From Clostridiales bacterium (GTDB lineage Bacteria; Bacillota; Clostridia; Saccharofermentanales; Saccharofermentanaceae), in contig JAFWDK010000022.1 of NCBI GenBank assembly GCA_017513085.1, positions 32,001 to 96,000 on the forward strand: a DNA stretch of 64,000 nucleotides, given 5' to 3'. Shown here piece after piece: positions 58,930 to 64,000 of the stretch. Made by a program: the position numbers and the translations under genes. The first letter of the stretch is position 1, and the number at the start of each line of letters is the position of its first letter. The notes under the pieces are model-generated. The model did not search any database. It saw only the letters and a list, made by a program, of their open reading frames with translations, and had not been told where the DNA came from.

Positions 58930-59886
58930 ATGGAATTTGTAAAAGATCTTGTCAGCATAGTTATTCCTTGCTATGGAAGTGAGAAAACTCTCAAGGGGGT
59001 TATTGATGAGCTTGTCTCACTTTTTGCGCAGCAAAGCCGTTTCGATTATGAAATCATTGCCGTAAACGATGCGTCTCCGGACAAAGTGTATGACGTCATT
59101 CAGGAATGCGCGAAGCAGAATCCGAAAGTTAAGGGTATCGATCTGGCGATCAACCGTGGCAAGCACTGTGCGATCCTGGTCGGATATGCGCATGTTTCCG
59201 GTGAGTTTGTCGTGAACCTGGATGATGACGGACAGTGCCCGGCAGACCGTATCTGGGATCTTCTTAAACCTTTGGATGAGGGCTATGATATGGCCATGGC
59301 AAAATATGCGCAGAAGAAAGAAAGCTTCATGAAGAAATTCGGAAGCTCTGTAAATGACCGCATTTCCCGTAGTCTTCTGAATAAGCCGAAGGGAATGCGT
59401 TTTACGAATTTCATTGCCAGGAAGCGCTTCGTGACAGATGCGATGAAGAACTATAAGATGCCTTATGCCTATCTGGAAGGCCTGTCCCTTTGCACGACCA
59501 GAAACGTGAAGATGGTGGACATGGAAGAAAGATCCCGTGCTGCAGGCCGTTCCGGCTATACTTTTGCCAAATCCTTCAAGCTCTGGATGAACGGATACAC
59601 GTCTTTTTCTGCCAAACCGCTCCGTGTATCCACATTTGCAGGTCTTTTCCTGGTTCTGGCGGGAGTCGGCATCATGATCCTTGATCTGATCTTCTGCCTC
59701 GCCAAGTACTCGACTGACCTTCAGTTCCTCCTTCTTTTGGGAGTGATCTTCTTCCTGTTCGGCATCGTGCTTCTGGCGCTGGGTATGCTGGGCGAATATG
59801 TCGGAAGAATATTTGTTGCGCAGAATACAGCGAATCAGTATATAATAAGAGATAAGTGCAATCTTGAAGATGATTCGCACTGTTAA
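58930..59886 (+). CDS. GT2 polyprenol-phosphate glycosyltransferase (GtrB/ArnC-like)
   Basis: SIVIPCY, VNDASPD, NRGKH.A, LDDDGQ, R.AG.SGYT, two C-terminal TM with LGEYVGR. Confidence 0.9.
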   Translation: MEFVKDLVSIVIPCYGSEKTLKGVIDELVSLFAQQSRFDYEIIAVNDASPDKVYDVIQECAKQNPKVKGIDLAINRGKHCAILVGYAHVSGEFVVNLDDDGQCPADRIWDLLKPLDEGYDMAMAKYAQKKESFMKKFGSSVNDRISRSLLNKPKGMRFTNFIARKRFVTDAMKNYKMPYAYLEGLSLCTTRNVKMVDMEERSRAAGRSGYTFAKSFKLWMNGYTSFSAKPLRVSTFAGLFLVLAGVGIMILDLIFCLAKYSTDLQFLLLLGVIFFLFGIVLLALGMLGEYVGRIFVAQNTANQYIIRDKCNLEDDSHC

Positions 59887-59905
59887 GATTTAACGGAGGT
59901 CTGAT

Positions 59906-61102
59906 ATGAGTAAGGTATTGATGGTGCTTGGCGCCAGCTTTCCTCAAGCAAAACTGATTGAGGCAGCAAAACGATTGGGGTATAAAACGATTGTTGCAAG
60001 TATTCCGGGTGAATATCCGGGTCTTCAGGTAGCGGATCAGGTGGAATATGTGGACATTAGTGATCCGGAGGCGGTATTGGAAGCCGCGAAAAAGAATAAT
60101 GTGGATGGCGTGGCGACATGCTGTCTGGATACAGGCATCCGTGCTTTGGGCTATGTATGTGAGAAGATGGGCCTCCCGGGTCTTTCTGCCGTTTCCGCGC
60201 AAAGATGCAATGACAAGCTGATGATGAAGAAGGCTTTTAAAGAATATGGCGTTACATCTGCCCGTTACGAAGAAGTCACGAATCTGGAGGAACTGCTTTC
60301 CGCAGCCGGCGATCTTGGTTATCCGATCGTGTTGAAGGCACTGAACCAGCAGGGCAGTAAGGGTGTTTACATTTGTCATGATGAAGCAGAACTCCGTGAC
60401 AGTTATGCGAATCTTCAGAGCATCGTTGAGGCACCGCTATGTATCGTTGAAGAATATATTTCCGGTTATGAGCTGGGTGCTCAGGCATTCGTATATCAGG
60501 GGGAGATCCTCTATATCCTGCCGCACGGAGACAATACGTACATGAGCCGTACAGCAGTTCCGATCGGACACTATGTGCCGCTTGGAATTTCCCAGGAGCT
60601 TTACGATACAGCGGTCGTTGAGTGCGAAAAGGCGATCCGTTCCATGGGTCTGGATAACTGTGCAGTCAACATCGACCTGATTGCCAAGGATGGCAAGATC
60701 TACCTGATCGAGCTGACCGGTAGAGCCGGCGCGACATGCCTGCCGGAGATCATGAGTCTGTACTTTGATTTCGACTACTACGAGATGATCGCGTATACGG
60801 CAGTTGGCGGAAATGCCAAGGAGTTCTTCGCTAAGAAGAGCGATAAGAAGCCGGGTGTGGCTGCCCGTATGATGCTTTCCGAGGTTTCCGGTGTAGTCAA
60901 GAGCGTCTCCTATGATGAGGACCTGGTCAAAGATCCACGTGTCAAAGACTTCTCCCTTATCATTCATAAGGGAAGTCAGGTCAATGCTTTTACCAATGCG
61001 AAAGACAGGATCGGTCAGATCGTAACGGTAGGCGATACCTACGAGGAGTGCGATAAGCTGATCAACGATATCGAGAAGAGTCTGGTCATTGAGTTTGAGT
61101 GA
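59906..61102 (+). CDS. ATP-grasp domain ligase
   Basis: DKLMMK, YPIVLK..QQGSKGV, IVEEYISG.E, NIDL, LIELTGRAG. Confidence 0.88.
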   Translation: MSKVLMVLGASFPQAKLIEAAKRLGYKTIVASIPGEYPGLQVADQVEYVDISDPEAVLEAAKKNNVDGVATCCLDTGIRALGYVCEKMGLPGLSAVSAQRCNDKLMMKKAFKEYGVTSARYEEVTNLEELLSAAGDLGYPIVLKALNQQGSKGVYICHDEAELRDSYANLQSIVEAPLCIVEEYISGYELGAQAFVYQGEILYILPHGDNTYMSRTAVPIGHYVPLGISQELYDTAVVECEKAIRSMGLDNCAVNIDLIAKDGKIYLIELTGRAGATCLPEIMSLYFDFDYYEMIAYTAVGGNAKEFFAKKSDKKPGVAARMMLSEVSGVVKSVSYDEDLVKDPRVKDFSLIIHKGSQVNAFTNAKDRIGQIVTVGDTYEECDKLINDIEKSLVIEFE

Positions 61103-61146
61103 TATCGGAAGATATGCTTCTTGCTGATTATTGCGATTTACATAAT

Positions 61147-61183
61147 GAGGTGTCTCAAAAAAATTGAGGCACCTCTTTATTTT
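61147..61183 (+). terminator. intrinsic terminator
   Basis: GAGGTGTCTCAA...TTGAGGCACCTC then a T-rich run. Confidence 0.75.
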
Positions 61184-61311
61184 GCAACTGCCTTGCTTAA
61201 AATTTTCAAGGTAAATTTACAATATTGTCATTAAAGATGGTGGCGGCGAAAACGATCGCAAAGTAAAATATGATTGGGTAGTGATATACAAAAAGAATGG
61301 AGGAGCGGAAT

Positions 61312-64000
61312 ATGAAAAGAAAATTCATACTATCGCTAAGTGCGGCAATGGTCGCTTGTATATGTTTTGCAGGGGCCCCTGCTGTTTTGGCGGAAAACAA
61401 TGCAGCGGTGATCAGATACGATTATGAAGAACAGGATGCGGCAGTATTTTCGGATGAAGATAGTGCAGCAGCATATCTTCGGGATCAGATGGTTCAAAGA
61501 TACACGACCATCACAGTTCGTTATCACGTAGATAATGGTGTTTTGCCGAAAGGTACTGCTGAGAGTATCTACAGGAAAGTCTTTGACAGAGATGCGACGA
61601 GTGTGGCGGCAAATGCGAAGATCTCTGACTATCTGCGCTTTAGTGTCAGATCCCAGGCAAAGACGACGAATATCGTTGGAAACGGGGACTACGATCTGGT
61701 ATATACGATCGAATATATTCCCGGCTCTTCCAATGCGACCGAGTCATCAGTAGATGCATTTGTTGATAACTTCATTAGTACGAACGTGACCGGCAAAAAT
61801 CTCTCGGAATATGACAAGGTAAAGTTGGTCTACGATTACATAGCCAAGAATGTCTATTACGATCATGACTCGTATGACAACGAAACAGCAAACAACACCT
61901 GGACAGAAGCACATACTGCGTATTCGGCTCTGAAAAAAAACAAATCTGTCTGCCAGGGCTATGCTATGGCGACGTATCGTCTCCTGACACAGATGGGGAT
62001 CGAGACCCGTTTCCTTCGTGGAGAAGGCTGGAAAAACAACGATCCGACAAAGCGGGACGTGCATGACTTTAATATGGTCAAGGTAAACGGCAAGTGGTAC
62101 TACCTGGATTCGAACTGGGGTGCCATGTTCAAAGAACAAGTCGGCGGAAAAGTCGGTGACGTCGATTACACATGGTTCCTGAAGAGTAAACAGGATTTTG
62201 TGTATCATGCTGTAGATGAAGCCAATATCCAGCCGGATCTGGATACCAGTGTAGTGCAGCAGAACAATTCCTTTGCCGATTCTGATGCTATCAAGATCTC
62301 AGGCTATGCTCCGTCTTATACCTTATACAATATGGATGGACAGTATCAGAATGTCGACGGTAAGGTCGTTGTCCTGACATTTATCCGTACTTCTCAACAG
62401 ACAGGGTTGTATGCCAATACGGATTATTGGACAACACAGCTTATGGATAGCAAAAACAGCATCAATTACAGTGATGTGGTGTATTACATTGTGGATGTCA
62501 GCAAATCTCCGAATCGCAATGCTCTAGCGCAACTGGTAAATTTGGGAGCTAATCGTTCCCAAATTATCTGCATCAGCGATGCTTATAATACCCAGGCATA
62601 CTTGGAGAATGTCGTTTCGGAATTTGCCGCAAATGCCGGTTATACATCCTTCGATGAGAACTTCAGCTTTTCTTTCCCGTTCACTTGTGTAGTAGACCGT
62701 TCCGGAAGGATCGCCTATACATTCAACCCGGGAAGAAAAACAAATGGTTCATCTCTCCCTGTCTACCTTACTTCCGGTAATCTCAACAGAAAACTGGACT
62801 ATCTGCACCAGAATCCGACTTCCGATACCCGTGCAAACCGTGGACTTCCGGGCAAAGCCGCGACGATCGGCATGCAGAGACCGGATGGTACCGGAAGCTA
62901 TGCAGGTACCCTCACCGGAGTTTATGAGAATATGGAGTATAGAAAGCAGGGCACGTCCGTATACTACCCGGGCAATAGCACCGGAAACGTGACCGGACTT
63001 ACGGCGGGTACTTACTATGTCCGTTACAAGGGCACCAATACGTATAAGCCATCTCCTGATAAAGAACTGCTCGTTGCTGCGGCGGCTCCGAGATCCGGCA
63101 TTACGTCAGAAAGCCGCAAGGATGGTTCTATCTATGTGTCCTGGCCGGCAGTTCCTTATGCTATCGGCTATCAGGTCTATCGAAGCACGAAATCCGATGA
63201 CTTAAACAGCTATGCGCTGGTTGGCACAGTCCAGGCATCTGCGGCAGCCGGTCCGTCATTTACGGATACCAGTGCTTTGCAAGAAGGAACGACTTATTAC
63301 TATCGTATCAAATCGTTTATCAAGTCAAAATCCGGAAAGATCGTGCAGTACTCGGATCTGGCACTGTCAGGTTATACCGGTAGAACTTCCCGCAAGGCGG
63401 TCAAGATCATGAGCGCCGGTACGGCGATCACGAAGAAGCAGGGCCAGGTAGGACTGAACTATACCTTGAAATACGTGATCTCCAGTGCTTTTGCCAATGA
63501 GTCATTGAAGAGCGTCACGATCGAAGATCCGACGATCGCTACCATTACATCTTTGGGCTCGGATGGATCGATCAAGATCACGAACAAGAAAGTTGGTACA
63601 ACAAATCTGGTCGTTACATTAAATAGCGGATTCCAGGCAAAGTGCGTACTTGAAGTCATGAGTTCTGTATCGCTGAAGGAAAAGACGATCGATCTAAGTC
63701 TCATCCGAAGCTCGGATACGACGAAAGCCAACCAGTATAAGCTGGTTCCGACAGTATACCCGAGCACGGTGACGGTAACCTACCGTTCCGGTAACACGAG
63801 TGTCGCAACCGTCGATGCAAACGGCTTGATCACAGCAAAGGGCGTGGGCAATACGCGCGTATATGCCAAGAGTTCAAAGGGCGAAGAAGTGAGCGTGCTT
63901 GTCCGTGTTACCCAGAGAGTCTATGTTTCTTCTGTAAAGGCCGCGTACTCCGAGAAGACCATCTTTGCCGGAAATACGTTCTCTTTCTCGAATCTCACGA
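61312..64000 (+). CDS. large secreted transglutaminase-like protein with redoxin-like, FN3 and Ig-like (Big_2) domains; 3'-truncated
   Basis: Hand-translated from ATG 61312 (RBS GGAGGAG) with no stop seen to the window end. Signal peptide, VCQGYA, VHDFN, YYLDSNW, SWPAV..AIGYQVYRS...YYYRIKS, SVATVDANGLITAKGVG. Confidence 0.85.
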   Translation, partial: MKRKFILSLSAAMVACICFAGAPAVLAENNAAVIRYDYEEQDAAVFSDEDSAAAYLRDQMVQRYTTITVRYHVDNGVLPKGTAESIYRKVFDRDATSVAANAKISDYLRFSVRSQAKTTNIVGNGDYDLVYTIEYIPGSSNATESSVDAFVDNFISTNVTGKNLSEYDKVKLVYDYIAKNVYYDHDSYDNETANNTWTEAHTAYSALKKNKSVCQGYAMATYRLLTQMGIETRFLRGEGWKNNDPTKRDVHDFNMVKVNGKWYYLDSNWGAMFKEQVGGKVGDVDYTWFLKSKQDFVYHAVDEANIQPDLDTSVVQQNNSFADSDAIKISGYAPSYTLYNMDGQYQNVDGKVVVLTFIRTSQQTGLYANTDYWTTQLMDSKNSINYSDVVYYIVDVSKSPNRNALAQLVNLGANRSQIICISDAYNTQAYLENVVSEFAANAGYTSFDENFSFSFPFTCVVDRSGRIAYTFNPGRKTNGSSLPVYLTSGNLNRKLDYLHQNPTSDTRANRGLPGKAATIGMQRPDGTGSYAGTLTGVYENMEYRKQGTSVYYPGNSTGNVTGLTAGTYYVRYKGTNTYKPSPDKELLVAAAAPRSGITSESRKDGSIYVSWPAVPYAIGYQVYRSTKSDDLNSYALVGTVQASAAAGPSFTDTSALQEGTTYYYRIKSFIKSKSGKIVQYSDLALSGYTGRTSRKAVKIMSAGTAITKKQGQVGLNYTLKYVISSAFANESLKSVTIEDPTIATITSLGSDGSIKITNKKVGTTNLVVTLNSGFQAKCVLEVMSSVSLKEKTIDLSLIRSSDTTKANQYKLVPTVYPSTVTVTYRSGNTSVATVDANGLITAKGVGNTRVYAKSSKGEEVSVLVRVTQRVYVSSVKAAYSEKTIFAGNTFSFSNLT

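Noticed and set aside
62105-62120. GGATTCGAAC tRNA-like motif
   Set aside because: It encodes the catalytic LDSNW of the transglutaminase domain and has no flanking stem or palindrome.

Overview
A 64-kb chromosomal stretch from an anaerobic Firmicute (Clostridia). DUF4214 surface protein, GH115, a class III RNR and lipoprotein solute-binding proteins suggest a gut or rumen fibre degrader (inference). It holds about 45 CDS and one tRNA-Ser(GCT). No CRISPR array, rRNA, integrase or transposase is visible. Main content, in order: nrdG, then an NrdR-boxed nrdD-reductase operon; two diguanylate cyclases; rmuC; a small islet after tRNA-Ser (RelE/Phd toxin-antitoxin pair, AraC-phosphotransferase fusion, XRE-GyrI regulator); an OPT transporter + PqqD-family pair; two MATE pumps; a MacB-like ABC transporter; ohrR-gpx; ald; birA; csoR-copA; a two-component system and ABC exporter split by a DUF4349 lipoprotein gene; GH115; an ECF sigma/anti-sigma pair; a Wzx/GT-C/GT2/ATP-grasp glycan locus; and a large transglutaminase-domain surface protein that runs off the end and is missing from the ORF track. 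The best candidate for an under-described system is a self-contained anaerobic ribonucleotide-reduction chain. It consists of a redoxin-type NrdD (SMCCRL) with a Cys-rich linker and a fused C-terminal CPKC glutaredoxin-like domain, followed 1 nt later by a thioredoxin-reductase-family enzyme with an AhpF-like (NADH-type) rather than NADPH-type signature. Other leads are nested in-frame restart sites in the AraC-kinase and copA genes, the orphan OPT-PqqD pair, and tRNA-T-arm-plus-palindrome att-like sites. All family assignments come from motif recognition by eye; no searches were run.
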